Assembly: GCA_964508195.1 (NCBI GenBank)
Contig: CAZDSH010000001.1
Span: 67,263 to 131,262, forward strand
Source: an uncultured Clostridiaceae bacterium
GTDB taxonomy: Bacteria > Bacillota > Clostridia > Ch29
Reading direction: 5' to 3'
DNA: 64,000 bases
How positions within the stretch are numbered: the stretch's first letter is position 1; every line of letters starts with the position of its first letter. Both the position numbers and the translations under genes were made by a program. This document shows, piece by piece, positions 37,525-47,877 of the stretch. The notes beneath the pieces were generated by a model. That model was not told the DNA's origin, searched no databases, and worked only from the letters and a program-made list of their open reading frames with translations.

Positions 37525-38151
37525 CTAATCCCTTGGCTTTATTACTATTAACCATCCCTCTTTGAAATCTATGCGGCCCCGTTCTTCGATGAGCACATTG
37601 CTTATACCCCTTGTGCTTTCCATTTTAAGAGTAAAGTCCCTAAGGGGGTATTTAAAACCCTTTAATGTTAGGCCGCGTACGGCCCCGTTATATGGTATAA
37701 GGGAAACAGTCGAGCCCTTCCCTTTTATTGTAGTACCTTCTTTTATTATTGTTATTCTATTATGCTCATTTATTATTTCCCCCGTTGCATTTTTGTCAGC
37801 TATAAACATAAGTAAATTGAGGTTAGCTATAGTATGATCTAACCGTGTACCGATAGCCCCAAGGAGCAGTATATGCCGTGCACCCTCTCTAAGGGCATAT
37901 TCAACGGCCAACTGGGTATCGGTTTTATCCTTTTCCGATGGGTACTCGATTATCTTTATACCCCTTAATGTTTCGTCGTTTTTCCTCTTATAGGAATCAA
38001 AATCCCCTATTATAACCTGGGGCGTTATATCCATTCTCCGTGCATGTAGCATACCACCATCGGCACAAATAACTAAGCTGCAATCCTTTAAAAGATCCCG
38101 ATGGAATTGGGGGTCCTCTAAGCTTCCGTAGGAAATAATCGCTGCCTTCAT
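37525..38151 (-). CDS. thiN: Thiamine diphosphokinase
   Basis: 208-aa TPK family protein with N-terminal catalytic and C-terminal thiamine-binding domains. Position equivalent to yloS, next to rpe. Confidence 0.8.
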   Translation of the reverse strand: MKAAIISYGSLEDPQFHRDLLKDCSLVICADGGMLHARRMDITPQVIIGDFDSYKRKNDETLRGIKIIEYPSEKDKTDTQLAVEYALREGARHILLLGAIGTRLDHTIANLNLLMFIADKNATGEIINEHNRITIIKEGTTIKGKGSTVSLIPYNGAVRGLTLKGFKYPLRDFTLKMESTRGISNVLIEERGRIDFKEGWLIVIKPRD

Positions 38152-38820
38152 TTATTTTTCCCCCTCTGCTTTGAACAGCTCTTTAAATTGTATCACTTTT
38201 TGTTCCACTGACGGCGCGTTATAAATAGAGGATCCAGCTACTAGTACAGTAGCCCCAGCCCTTATCAGGGTCCTTGTATTCCCTAAGTCCACGCCCCCGT
38301 CCACTTCTATTTCAAAGGAATAGCCCCTGTCCCTTTTTAACCCTTCAAGCCAGGCTATTTTATCTAAAGCTGCGGGTATGAACTGCTGGCCGCCAAAACC
38401 CGGGTTAACGGCCATAACTAGTACAAGATCCAACTCCGGTAACATATATTCGAGTACCCCCGGAGGTGTTGCCGGGTTTATGGATATCCCTGCCTTTTTG
38501 CCCAATCCCTTTATGTTGGATACAGTTTTATGTATATGGCTACAGGCTTCCCAGTGCACGGTAATTATATCAGCCCCCGCCATTACAAAATCCTTTATAT
38601 ACCTATCGGCATTTTCAATCATCAAATGTACGTCAAAGGGAATATCGGAAATCCCCCTGAGGCACTTTATAACCCCGGGGCCTATCGTGATGTTGGGTAC
38701 GAAATGGCCATCCATGACGTCTATATGCAACCAATCCGCCCCCGCCCTCTCAACCTTTATTATTTCGTCCCCTAATCGTGCAAAGTCCGCTGAGAGCAGG
38801 GATGGGGCCAGTTTAATCAT
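38152..38820 (-). CDS. rpe: Ribulose-phosphate 3-epimerase
   Basis: [20 protein letters not shown]...[12 protein letters not shown] is canonical Rpe. Confidence 0.95.
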   Translation of the reverse strand: MIKLAPSLLSADFARLGDEIIKVERAGADWLHIDVMDGHFVPNITIGPGVIKCLRGISDIPFDVHLMIENADRYIKDFVMAGADIITVHWEACSHIHKTVSNIKGLGKKAGISINPATPPGVLEYMLPELDLVLVMAVNPGFGGQQFIPAALDKIAWLEGLKRDRGYSFEIEVDGGVDLGNTRTLIRAGATVLVAGSSIYNAPSVEQKVIQFKELFKAEGEK

Positions 38821-39718
38821 ACTTTCTCCTCCTCCCCCGTCGTAATTCTTCTAACAATACTATGTAATTATTATACCGAAAAAGTGCTATCTTCCCTTCT
38901 TGTACCGCATTTTTTATGGCACAACCTGGTTCATTTATATGCGTACACCCGACATATTTACATTCGCCGGCGAGGGTTACAAATTCTTTGTACAGGCTGC
39001 CAAATTCCTTTTCTTCTATATCCCCTAGAGCTTTTTGTGTGCTTAGGTCTAATGAGCTAAAACCCGGAGTATCCACTACCATCCCACCAAAATCCAAATC
39101 CAGCAATTTCGTATGGCGGGTAATATGTCTACCCCTCTTTAGTCTATCGCTTATTTCACCAACCCTTAGATCTAATCCGGGTTGTAATGTATTAATTATA
39201 CTGCTTTTACCCACCCCTGACATGCCGGCGAACACCGAAATCTTTTCCCTGAGGGCCTCCTTTAAATCTTCTATGCCCCGCCCGGTTTTAGTACTAGTGC
39301 AAAGTACTTTGTAACCGGCACGCCGATACGCGTCGGTAATATTTTTAACCCCGCCTTCCTCGCTGAGGTCCATCTTATTTAAACATATAATACCCTTTAT
39401 ATTATTTATATGGGCTAGTATCAACAACCGGTCCGCCAACAACAGATCAGGCTTAGGTTTTTTTACTGCGATGACCACTACACATTGCTGCACATTGGCT
39501 ACACTGGGCCTCAACAACAGGCTGTGCCTTGGCAATATCTCGTAAATAATTCCTTGGGATGTGCTATCGCCTATAAGGGAGACCAGCACTAAGTCCCCCA
39601 CTATGGGGGTTTTTTTATTCTTTCTAAAGAGTCCCCTGGGTTTACATTCGATAAGACCTATGGAGGTATTTACATAGTAGAAGCCCCCTATCCCTTTCAT
39701 GATTCTACCTTCGATCAT
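38813..39718 (-). CDS. rsgA: Ribosome small-subunit-dependent GTPase A
   Basis: N-terminus [16 protein letters not shown] parallels B. subtilis YloQ. Circularly permuted GTPase motifs (GMSGVGKSS) and a C-terminal Cys zinc finger. Confidence 0.9.
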   Translation of the reverse strand: MIEGRIMKGIGGFYYVNTSIGLIECKPRGLFRKNKKTPIVGDLVLVSLIGDSTSQGIIYEILPRHSLLLRPSVANVQQCVVVIAVKKPKPDLLLADRLLILAHINNIKGIICLNKMDLSEEGGVKNITDAYRRAGYKVLCTSTKTGRGIEDLKEALREKISVFAGMSGVGKSSIINTLQPGLDLRVGEISDRLKRGRHITRHTKLLDLDFGGMVVDTPGFSSLDLSTQKALGDIEEKEFGSLYKEFVTLAGECKYVGCTHINEPGCAIKNAVQEGKIALFRYNNYIVLLEELRRGRRRKYD

Positions 39719-39719
39719 C

Positions 39720-41651
39720 CTATTCCTCCCTGCTAAAGTTTACAACCTCATCGCTTTTTATAACATCATCAAATAGAACTACGATCCTTGCCTCGCCCTT
39801 CCCCGTTACGGCTATTTTTAGGGGGCTCTCATCGGCATCGTGCCTCATTTGGTATTCTATTTCCTCCGTATCCCCCTGATACTTTTTGACGGTTACTTTA
39901 ACATTTCTACTATGTTCCGGTAAATTTATTGTTAACATCTTTGTTCCCTCTGTCAACGGCGGCGGGTCCTCTTTTTTACCCGTGCTCACCCATAGACCGA
40001 TAGAAGCCCCCTCCTCGACGACGGTGTTCGGCGGTATACTCTGGCTAATAACGTAACCCTTAGGTATAACATCGCTCTCCTGGGGATACGTATCCGCCAG
40101 CACCATCCCCGCATTCTGTATATCAGTTTTTGCTGTCTGTAGATCTAGGCCCACCACCGGAGGTACGAGGATCTGCTGTATTTTCGGGCCTGAACTTATA
40201 ATCAAATCCACTGGAGTACCCTCGTCAACCATTATCCCCGGTTCAGGATCCTGATCTATTACCACACCTACGGTTATCCTCTCACTGGAACGAGTGTCTA
40301 TATACCCTTCTATAAGCCCTTTTTGCCTTAATTCCGCTAGGGCTTCAGCAGAATCTTTATTGCGCAAATAAGGCACTTTAGTTTTTTCAGGACCGAGGCT
40401 TAATATTACCAATACAGGGTTACTGACCTTGTTTTCTGTACCTTCGCTAGGATATTGCTTTATTACCGTTCCCGCTTCATACTTGGGACTGTGCTGTCTT
40501 TCCCTTATCTCCATTGTAAGGCCTGCATCCTTTAAATCCTTTTCGGCCTCTTCTTGGGTCTTACCGACTATACCCGGTACCTTCACCACGTCTACGGCTA
40601 ATAATCCCTGAATCAGCTTACTACCGCCATATCCTATACCTACTAGAGCTAGCAGTACCACTATCGCTACAATAACGGCCCTTTTTCCCCTACCATTTTT
40701 GCTATCCCTGCCTACCTTTTTACGGTTCCTTCGCTCACTCCTAGCACTTCTATCCCCTAGGGCAGGCATTATTATGGTGGGGCTTGTTTCCTCGTCTACA
40801 TCAGGGCTTTTGAATACTATTCCGTTGTTGTCCATAAAGGCCTCAAGATCGGCTAACATTTCTATAGCGGTTTCATATCGATTTGCCGGTTCTTTTTGCG
40901 TAGCTTTCATTACTATCTGTTCAAGGCCCGGGGGGATACCCTCTATTAGATCCGCCGGCGGAATCACCGTCTCCTGTATATGTTTTAGGGCTATAGATAT
41001 AGGGCTTTCCCCTTCGAAGGGCACCTTGCCCGTTACCATCTCATATAACACTATCCCTAGGGAATACAAATCAGATTTCTCGTCGATGTATCCCCCCCGG
41101 GCCTGTTCCGGAGAAAAATAATGTACTGAACCTATTACGCTCCCGGTATTTGTTACTGTAGAACTCGTAACAGCCCGGGCGATACCAAAGTCCGTAACCT
41201 TAGCGATACCCTCCCTCGTCACGAGTATATTATGGGGTTTTATATCCCTGTGCACTATATGGTTTTCGTGGGCATGCACGAGGGCTTTACATATCTGTTT
41301 AGCTATATCCGTTGCATGGGCGGGGGTCAACCTCCTTTTATTCCTTATAAGTTGTTTAAGGGTTTCGCCCTCTATATACTCCATTACAATATAGTGCGTA
41401 TCTCCGTCAATGCCCACATCATATATATTAACTATATTTTGGTGGGATAGACTAGCCGCTGCCTGGGATTCCTGCCTGAACTTCTTTATAAAGCTCTCAT
41501 CACTTACAAACTCCGGCCTTAGTATCTTTACCGCAACGTATCTATTTAGCAGGCTACACCTCGCCTTATAAACGATAGACATGCCGCCGCTACCCACCTT
41601 CTCCACCAACTCGTATCTATTGCCAAGGATTCGGCCGATCATGAGCTCCAC
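39720..41651 (-). CDS. prkC: Ser/Thr protein kinase PrkC with C-terminal PASTA repeats
   Basis: Hanks kinase motifs (VAVKIL, HRDIKPHN, DFGIA), a TM segment, then repeated PASTA modules. Confidence 0.9.
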   Translation of the reverse strand: MELMIGRILGNRYELVEKVGSGGMSIVYKARCSLLNRYVAVKILRPEFVSDESFIKKFRQESQAAASLSHQNIVNIYDVGIDGDTHYIVMEYIEGETLKQLIRNKRRLTPAHATDIAKQICKALVHAHENHIVHRDIKPHNILVTREGIAKVTDFGIARAVTSSTVTNTGSVIGSVHYFSPEQARGGYIDEKSDLYSLGIVLYEMVTGKVPFEGESPISIALKHIQETVIPPADLIEGIPPGLEQIVMKATQKEPANRYETAIEMLADLEAFMDNNGIVFKSPDVDEETSPTIIMPALGDRSARSERRNRKKVGRDSKNGRGKRAVIVAIVVLLALVGIGYGGSKLIQGLLAVDVVKVPGIVGKTQEEAEKDLKDAGLTMEIRERQHSPKYEAGTVIKQYPSEGTENKVSNPVLVILSLGPEKTKVPYLRNKDSAEALAELRQKGLIEGYIDTRSSERITVGVVIDQDPEPGIMVDEGTPVDLIISSGPKIQQILVPPVVGLDLQTAKTDIQNAGMVLADTYPQESDVIPKGYVISQSIPPNTVVEEGASIGLWVSTGKKEDPPPLTEGTKMLTINLPEHSRNVKVTVKKYQGDTEEIEYQMRHDADESPLKIAVTGKGEARIVVLFDDVIKSDEVVNFSREE

Positions 41652-42382
41652 CTCACCTTCACTACTATTGCCGTTATATTATCCCTTCCGCCCTTCATAT
41701 TTGCCTCGTCTACTAACATCTTTGTTATGATCCGAGGCTCTTCATCTATGCTACAGATCCCTACTATCTCCTTCAGATTAAGCATGTTTGTAAGACCGTC
41801 GGTACAAAGGAGCAACGTATCCCCTTCCCATAGGTTTTCCGTATTAAGCTCCATATCTAATTCCATATCTACACCTAAAGCCTTTGTTATTATATTTTTT
41901 TGCGGATGACAGTTACCTTCTTCAGGGGAAATGCTACCATTTTTTATTAGCTGGGCCACTAAGGAATGGTCTTCTGTAAGTTTACGGCACTTTCCGTTTC
42001 GCATCAGGTACATCCTACTATCACCGATATGGCCTATATACACCTTTTTATCCTCGATCATAGCCATAGTAAGGGTTGTACCCATCCCTCTAAGGCCCAT
42101 GTCCACCATAGCTAGGTTGTATATAACGCTGTTAGCCTCTATTATAGCATCCCTTATCATGACGAGCCTATTATTGATGTATTGCGGATCCTTAAAATTA
42201 TTTTCTATAAAGGATTTAACGGTATCAACAGCGATCCTGCTTGCAACTTCGCCGCCATTGTGCCCGCCCATACCATCGGCTACGATGTATAGATACGGTG
42301 CACCAAAATCCCTTGAACAGTGATAACTGTCTTGATTCATTGCCCTTTGTAAACCTATGTCGGTAGCAGCTCCGGCCTTCAT
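41639..42382 (-). CDS. prpC: PP2C-family Ser/Thr phosphatase PrpC (Stp)
   Basis: PP2C motifs (ADGMGGH, DGLTN). Overlaps the prkC start, which is the classic operon arrangement. Confidence 0.9.
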   Translation of the reverse strand: MKAGAATDIGLQRAMNQDSYHCSRDFGAPYLYIVADGMGGHNGGEVASRIAVDTVKSFIENNFKDPQYINNRLVMIRDAIIEANSVIYNLAMVDMGLRGMGTTLTMAMIEDKKVYIGHIGDSRMYLMRNGKCRKLTEDHSLVAQLIKNGSISPEEGNCHPQKNIITKALGVDMELDMELNTENLWEGDTLLLCTDGLTNMLNLKEIVGICSIDEEPRIITKMLVDEANMKGGRDNITAIVVKVRWSS

Positions 42383-42393
42383 AAGCCTACCCC

Positions 42394-43440
42394 CTACTTT
42401 CGAATATTTTCATCCCCTACGTATCCCGCCCTAAGTTGTCCACAGGCCCCTGATATATCCCTGCCCATACCGCGTCTTACGGTTACCGTGATACCCCTTT
42501 CCCTTAACAGGGTTTCAAAGGTTTTTATCCCGTTTGCACCGGGCTGTTTGTACGGAAAACCCTCCGTCGGGTTTATGGGAATAAGATTAACATTGCATAG
42601 CATTCCCTCTAAAAGGTTCGCAAGCCTTATAGCATCCCCGGGATGGGCATTTAATCCGTCTATGAGGGCATACTCAAAGGTAACCCTTCTGCCAATACGC
42701 TTTATAAAATATTCACAGGCCTGTAATATTTCTTTTATTTTATATTTTTTTGCCACGGGCATCAAGGCAAAACGCGTTGTATCATCCGCTGCGTGTAGTG
42801 AAAGGGAAAGATTTATAGGGAGCCCCAGGTCAGCCAGTTCAATAATTTCCGGTACCAAACCGCAGGTGGATAATGTAATGCGCCTTAGTCCGATGCCTAA
42901 ACCTTCCTCCAAGTTTGCGCTACGGATAAAAGAAATAACGTTTTCGAAATTGTCCAAGGGCTCGCCGCTACCCATTATCACTACATTGGAGATTCTGTCC
43001 CCGGTATCCCGATGTACCGTTAATATTTGGGCGAGTATTTCGCCCCCTGTAAGGTTTCGTATTAAACCGTTTTTTGTCGAAGCGCAGAAGCTACATCCCA
43101 TACGGCAACCTACCTGGCTTGATACACAAACCGTTGTACCGAATTTATAAACGAGGCGTACGGTTTCTATTATACTCCCGTCTTTATATTTTAACAGGTA
43201 CTTTATAGTATCATCGAATTTTGATATGGATTTTTTAATTATCCCGGGCATGCCTGTTAAAAATTCCTTCGATAGTTGTCTTTGTAATCCCTCGGGTAGG
43301 TTTTTCATCTGTTCAAAATCGCTAACACCCTTATAAAGCCAGTCCCAGATCTGTTTACCCCTATATTCGGGATGTCCGAGGCTATGGGCAACCTGTTTAA
43401 GCCCCTTTATATCCAAGTCCAGCAAAATATTTCGTTCCAT
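42394..43440 (-). CDS. rlmN: 23S rRNA (adenine2503-C2)-methyltransferase RlmN
   Basis: Radical SAM CxxxCxxC (CRMGCSFCAS) and the conserved C-terminal Cys (DISGACGQL). Confidence 0.9.
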   Translation of the reverse strand: MERNILLDLDIKGLKQVAHSLGHPEYRGKQIWDWLYKGVSDFEQMKNLPEGLQRQLSKEFLTGMPGIIKKSISKFDDTIKYLLKYKDGSIIETVRLVYKFGTTVCVSSQVGCRMGCSFCASTKNGLIRNLTGGEILAQILTVHRDTGDRISNVVIMGSGEPLDNFENVISFIRSANLEEGLGIGLRRITLSTCGLVPEIIELADLGLPINLSLSLHAADDTTRFALMPVAKKYKIKEILQACEYFIKRIGRRVTFEYALIDGLNAHPGDAIRLANLLEGMLCNVNLIPINPTEGFPYKQPGANGIKTFETLLRERGITVTVRRGMGRDISGACGQLRAGYVGDENIRK

Positions 43441-43585
43441 ATATCCACCTTCCGTTAATTATACAACAAATACTTGTGTTATAATATATCCATATTATAA
43501 CACATATGCAAAGATACTACCCTTCGTCGGAGGGACCACATATTATTAACAAAAAGATTGAGCCCTTTATAGGGTCCTTTAAAAT

Positions 43586-44941
43586 TTAAGTTTTTTGTAC
43601 TCGTTTTAGTTTACATATAAAAAACCCGTCGGTTCCATGTACGTTCGGAAAGAGCTGTAAATACCCCTTTTTCGCATTCCCCTTGGCCAACTTATCAGGC
43701 AATGCCCTAGAAAAATCCCACAATCTGTATCCGGGCTCTCCATGTAAAAAGTCCTCTATGACATCCTGATTCTCCCAAGGCATTATCGTACAAGTACAGT
43801 ACAAAAGGTATCCGCCGGGCTTTACGTAAGTAGCGGCATTTTTTAGTATTCTTTTTTGTATCTTAGCCAATTCCTTATAGTGCGCCCTTTTTTTGTTCCA
43901 TTTTATATCCGGTTTTCTTCTTATTACACCGAGACCTGAACAGGGTGCGTCTACTAACACCTTATCACCTTTGCCCTCGAGGGATGGATCGTGCCTAAGG
44001 GCGTCATGGATTTCTGTTTCTATACATCGGATACCAAGCCTTTTATAGTTATCCCTAACCAGATTCAATTTATTTTTACTTATATCCCTAGCTATAATAT
44101 TACCGGAATCCCCCATAAGCTGTGCCGCGTAAGTTGCCTTACCCCCCGGTGCGCTACAGAGATCTATAATTAGTTCACCGGGTTTAGGATCGAGGGCCTT
44201 TATTGCGAGCATAGAGCTTTCGTCCTGGACGTAAAACAATCCATCCCTATAGGCATCACTTATAAAAAGGCCTAATCCGTTCTTCACAAAAAGCGCATCA
44301 TCGCAATACATACCGTGTTCTGTATGGATATCCCGGCTTGCCAGGTTGTCCATAAGACGCTGCCTATTCGTTTTTAATGTGTTTACCCGTAACGTCATCC
44401 TTGGGATTACATTGTTAGCCTTACAAAGATCCTCGGTAAACCCTCGGCCGAATATCTTTATCCAATCGTCTACCATCCATCTGGCATGGGAATATTTTAT
44501 GCTAATATATGAAGAAGGTTCCTTCTCCTTTGATGGCAGTCTTATCCTTTCCGGGAACCTTACTATACTGCGCAAAATACCGTTAACAAAACCCGAGGCC
44601 CTAGGGCCGGCAATCTCCTTCGTCAGTTCTACCCCCTCGTACACTACGGCAAAATCCGGCACTTTATCTAAAAATAGTAGTTGAAACACCGATAACCGCA
44701 ATATATTGCGAATAGGTTCTGATATGTTATCCCTTTTGATATTTGAAAAGGTTTCTATCACCCAGTCTAAATATAGCTTATTTTCTAAAACACCGTATAC
44801 AATACGCGTAATAAGGGCCCTGTCCTTAGGCGGAAATTCCTTCAAGGAAAAGGCCCTGTCTAATAGGACATTGGGATAAGTACTGTGTCCTATAGTTCTT
44901 TGGATTATATTTAATGCTGTCTTCCTCGGGTTATTTTTCAA
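43586..44941 (-). CDS. rsmB: 16S rRNA (cytosine967-C5)-methyltransferase RsmB (Sun)
   Basis: NusB-like N-domain plus a Fmu/NOL1 methyltransferase core (DLCSAPGGK, PCSGLG). Confidence 0.9.
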   Translation of the reverse strand: MKNNPRKTALNIIQRTIGHSTYPNVLLDRAFSLKEFPPKDRALITRIVYGVLENKLYLDWVIETFSNIKRDNISEPIRNILRLSVFQLLFLDKVPDFAVVYEGVELTKEIAGPRASGFVNGILRSIVRFPERIRLPSKEKEPSSYISIKYSHARWMVDDWIKIFGRGFTEDLCKANNVIPRMTLRVNTLKTNRQRLMDNLASRDIHTEHGMYCDDALFVKNGLGLFISDAYRDGLFYVQDESSMLAIKALDPKPGELIIDLCSAPGGKATYAAQLMGDSGNIIARDISKNKLNLVRDNYKRLGIRCIETEIHDALRHDPSLEGKGDKVLVDAPCSGLGVIRRKPDIKWNKKRAHYKELAKIQKRILKNAATYVKPGGYLLYCTCTIMPWENQDVIEDFLHGEPGYRLWDFSRALPDKLAKGNAKKGYLQLFPNVHGTDGFFICKLKRVQKT

Positions 44942-44960
44942 TTTTACTCCCCCACGGTCC

Positions 44961-45644
44961 CTATTTTCTCCTATTAGCCAACATTATAAACCTAAGGAGC
45001 TGTAGTACCGCAGTTAAGGCCGCTGCTACATAGGTAAGGGCCGCTGCACTTAATACCTTTTTAGCCGGTCCTATCTCTTCTCCGGCTAATATCCCGTTAT
45101 CGGTTAGCATAACTATTGCCCTTTTACTGGCGTTAAGTTCTACCGGCAGGGTAATAATTTGAAACAATACGACAACCGTAAAGAATATTATGCCAATCTG
45201 CATAAGTTCAAACCACCTCATTAAAAGGCCGATCATAATAAAAATCCAGGACATGCTAGAACCAAATCCAGCTATCGGCGCGATGGTATTCCTTATAGAA
45301 AGGGGTATATATCCTACGGAATGTTGTACCGCATGCCCCGCTTCATGGGCCGCTACCCCTAGGGCAGCTATTGAGGTGCTATTATGCACCGAATCCGATA
45401 GCCTAAGCACACGATTTCTCGGGTCGTAATGGTCCGTTAAATTACCCCTTACCCTTTCTATCCTCACGTTACCCAAACCCTTTGAATCCAGTATAATCCT
45501 TGCAACATTGCTGGCGGTATAACCTTTCCTGCCGGCTACCCTCGAATACCTTTGAAATGTACTGCTTATCTTTGTCTGAGCGTACAACGAAAAGAGTATT
45601 GCCGGTATCAATAGTATAAAGGTTGAATCCAGGCTAAATAACAT
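44961..45644 (-). CDS. Membrane zinc metallopeptidase (COG2738/YpfJ-like)
   Basis: HEAGHAVQH is an HExxH zinc-binding motif. Hydrophobic N- and C-terminal segments. Confidence 0.7.
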   Translation of the reverse strand: MLFSLDSTFILLIPAILFSLYAQTKISSTFQRYSRVAGRKGYTASNVARIILDSKGLGNVRIERVRGNLTDHYDPRNRVLRLSDSVHNSTSIAALGVAAHEAGHAVQHSVGYIPLSIRNTIAPIAGFGSSMSWIFIMIGLLMRWFELMQIGIIFFTVVVLFQIITLPVELNASKRAIVMLTDNGILAGEEIGPAKKVLSAAALTYVAAALTAVLQLLRFIMLANRRK

Positions 45645-46432
45645 TAATGTTCCCTCCCTTCGACAAAAAAGTTTATAGCCCTTTCAACTTCGGCTACGTC
45701 TACATCGGTGTTATAACAAGGCCCGTAGGGCCTTTTATTCAATATTCCTATAACCGGTAACCCGTGGGCATCCCGTATACCGCTACTTAGATCGTTTTCG
45801 CAGGCTACCGCCACTACTGCCTTAGGCCTTACATCCCTTATTACTTTCCTTGCTAGGGTGCCTCCGGGCACTATTTTCATATTTACGCCGGTCCTTTTAC
45901 CTAGCCTTACTAGGTCCGCTATTTTACATTTACCGCAACCTACACAATTATTGATATCCCCGGTTATCCGATGTTTACAACTACTGTTTTGTAGACAATG
46001 GGGCAAAAGTAACAATATATCCCCGGGCTTAAAGCGTGTATCCCCAGCATAGACCGTTCTATTGTTTATATGGGCATAGGCCCTTTGGATCTTGACACGG
46101 TCAAAGCCCACAAATCTCCCCAGGGCCATAATGGGTATGAGCACTTTGCTTAGCAACTTCATGGCCATCCTACCGGAAAATACACTGTTCCTTCGTCGAG
46201 AATAAAGCATTATAACCGAAATAAGCGTAACCGTTGTAACGAGTACAGTTAAAACCATTAAAAGGAGTAACGAAATCACAGCTAGTTTTTTAAGTAGCTG
46301 TGATTGCTTTATGAACAAATAGTTCATCGCTATTATCGCAACAAGACTTAAGAGTTGTATGAGAACTAGAGGTTTGATTAATGCACCCCTGTCCTCGATC
46401 ATATCTTTTTCATAATACATATCGCTATTCAC
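45644..46432 (-). CDS. DUF116 family membrane protein
   Basis: N-terminal TM helices plus a Cys-rich C-domain (CLQNSSCKHR...CVGCGKC). Typical position upstream of fmt in Clostridia. Confidence 0.6.
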   Translation of the reverse strand: MNSDMYYEKDMIEDRGALIKPLVLIQLLSLVAIIAMNYLFIKQSQLLKKLAVISLLLLMVLTVLVTTVTLISVIMLYSRRRNSVFSGRMAMKLLSKVLIPIMALGRFVGFDRVKIQRAYAHINNRTVYAGDTRFKPGDILLLLPHCLQNSSCKHRITGDINNCVGCGKCKIADLVRLGKRTGVNMKIVPGGTLARKVIRDVRPKAVVAVACENDLSSGIRDAHGLPVIGILNKRPYGPCYNTDVDVAEVERAINFFVEGREH

Positions 46433-47357
46433 CTAATACGCTGCCTAAGTTTATAGTGTTACCCCTTAGATGTTCTTCCACGGTCATCCTTCGGGCGGAG
46501 GGCATTTGTATCTCCGTGACCAAAAGTTTTCCTCTGCCGGTTTGAATAATGAGACCTTTTTTGGTTATTTCCAATATCTTACCAGGGATGCCTTTACCAT
46601 TATCATCGAGTATCTTTGCAACCCATATTTTCATCCTTTGGCGCCGGTAAAGGGTATAACATCCCGGCCATGGGTTCGTACCCCTTACTAAGTTATAAAT
46701 GTTCCTGGCATCATCATCCCAGCTAACCTTACCCACATCCTTATTGAGGGGCGGTGCGTAGGTCGCTTTGCTATGGTCCTGGGGCCTAGGATTCAAACTA
46801 TTGGTTTTTATACCTTTAAGCGTATCGATCAATAGCTCTGCACCCATTATCGCCAGCCTATCATGGAGCTCTCCTGCAGTTTCGTAGCTATCTATTTTAG
46901 TAGATTTTTGGAGAAGTATATCGCCGGTATCCATGCCCTCATCCATGTGCATAGTCGTAACGCCGCTTTCTTTTTCCCCTGCTATTATGCATCTATTTAT
47001 GGGGGCAGCGCCTCTGTATTTAGGTAATAATGATGCGTGCACATTTATACAGCCTAATCTCGGTAACTCCAATATTTCCTTCGGCAATATCTGTCCATAG
47101 GCGACTACCGCTATTATATCCGGCTTTAAAGCTACCAAAGCTTCAATAGTCTTAAGGGATTTAACCCTTTCCGGTTGCAGTACGTTTATTCCATGTTCTA
47201 ATGCCTTCAGTTTAACGGGTGTCGGCTGTAATCTCTTACCCCGGCCCTTCGGCCGATCCGGTTGGGTTATAGCCGTACTTACGTTATACCCGTTTTTTAT
47301 AAGTTTATCAAGGCTTTCCACAGCAAAGGCCGGCGTCCCCATAAAGACTATGTTCAA
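46425..47357 (-). CDS. fmt: Methionyl-tRNA formyltransferase
   Basis: [13 protein letters not shown] and the [13 protein letters not shown] formyltransferase motif. Confidence 0.95.
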   Translation of the reverse strand: MNIVFMGTPAFAVESLDKLIKNGYNVSTAITQPDRPKGRGKRLQPTPVKLKALEHGINVLQPERVKSLKTIEALVALKPDIIAVVAYGQILPKEILELPRLGCINVHASLLPKYRGAAPINRCIIAGEKESGVTTMHMDEGMDTGDILLQKSTKIDSYETAGELHDRLAIMGAELLIDTLKGIKTNSLNPRPQDHSKATYAPPLNKDVGKVSWDDDARNIYNLVRGTNPWPGCYTLYRRQRMKIWVAKILDDNGKGIPGKILEITKKGLIIQTGRGKLLVTEIQMPSARRMTVEEHLRGNTINLGSVLGE

Positions 47358-47812
47358 AGTTCTCCCTCGCTTTCCGGAATCGATCTATCTATGAATAATA
47401 TCCCATTGAGGTGATCCATCTCATGGCATAATACCCTGGCTAATAGCCCTTCCCCTTCTAGAATTATCTCTTCGCCCTTTTTGTTAAGACCCTTTACCCT
47501 AACCCAACATGGTCTTTCTACCTTCCCGGCCCGGCCTGGTACGCTAAGGCAGCCCTCAACCATTGTTTCTTTGCCCTTTGCCTCTAGGAGCTGTGGGTTA
47601 ATAAGTTCGATAGGCCCCTCACCGATATCCGCTACTATCACTGATCGCAAAACGCCTACCTGCGGTGCCGCAAGACCTATACCCTCGGCGTCTTTCATAG
47701 TTTCTATCATATCATCAAGTAATGTAATTATTCTATCATTTATCTTGCCCACTTTCCTGGTTTTTTTTCTGAGGATTGGGTCCCCTTCCAGTCTTATATT
47801 CCTTATAGCCAT
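47354..47812 (-). CDS. def: Peptide deformylase
   Basis: [16 protein letters not shown] plus [15 protein letters not shown] and HEMDHL motifs. The ATG at 47812 follows an AGGAGG ribosome-binding site. Confidence 0.95.
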   Translation of the reverse strand: MAIRNIRLEGDPILRKKTRKVGKINDRIITLLDDMIETMKDAEGIGLAAPQVGVLRSVIVADIGEGPIELINPQLLEAKGKETMVEGCLSVPGRAGKVERPCWVRVKGLNKKGEEIILEGEGLLARVLCHEMDHLNGILFIDRSIPESEGEL

Positions 47813-47877
47813 CCTGTTCCTCCTATTTATTCGAAGGGCCATCGCTGCTAAGGTCTCTATTCGTGGAAACCCGTCCC

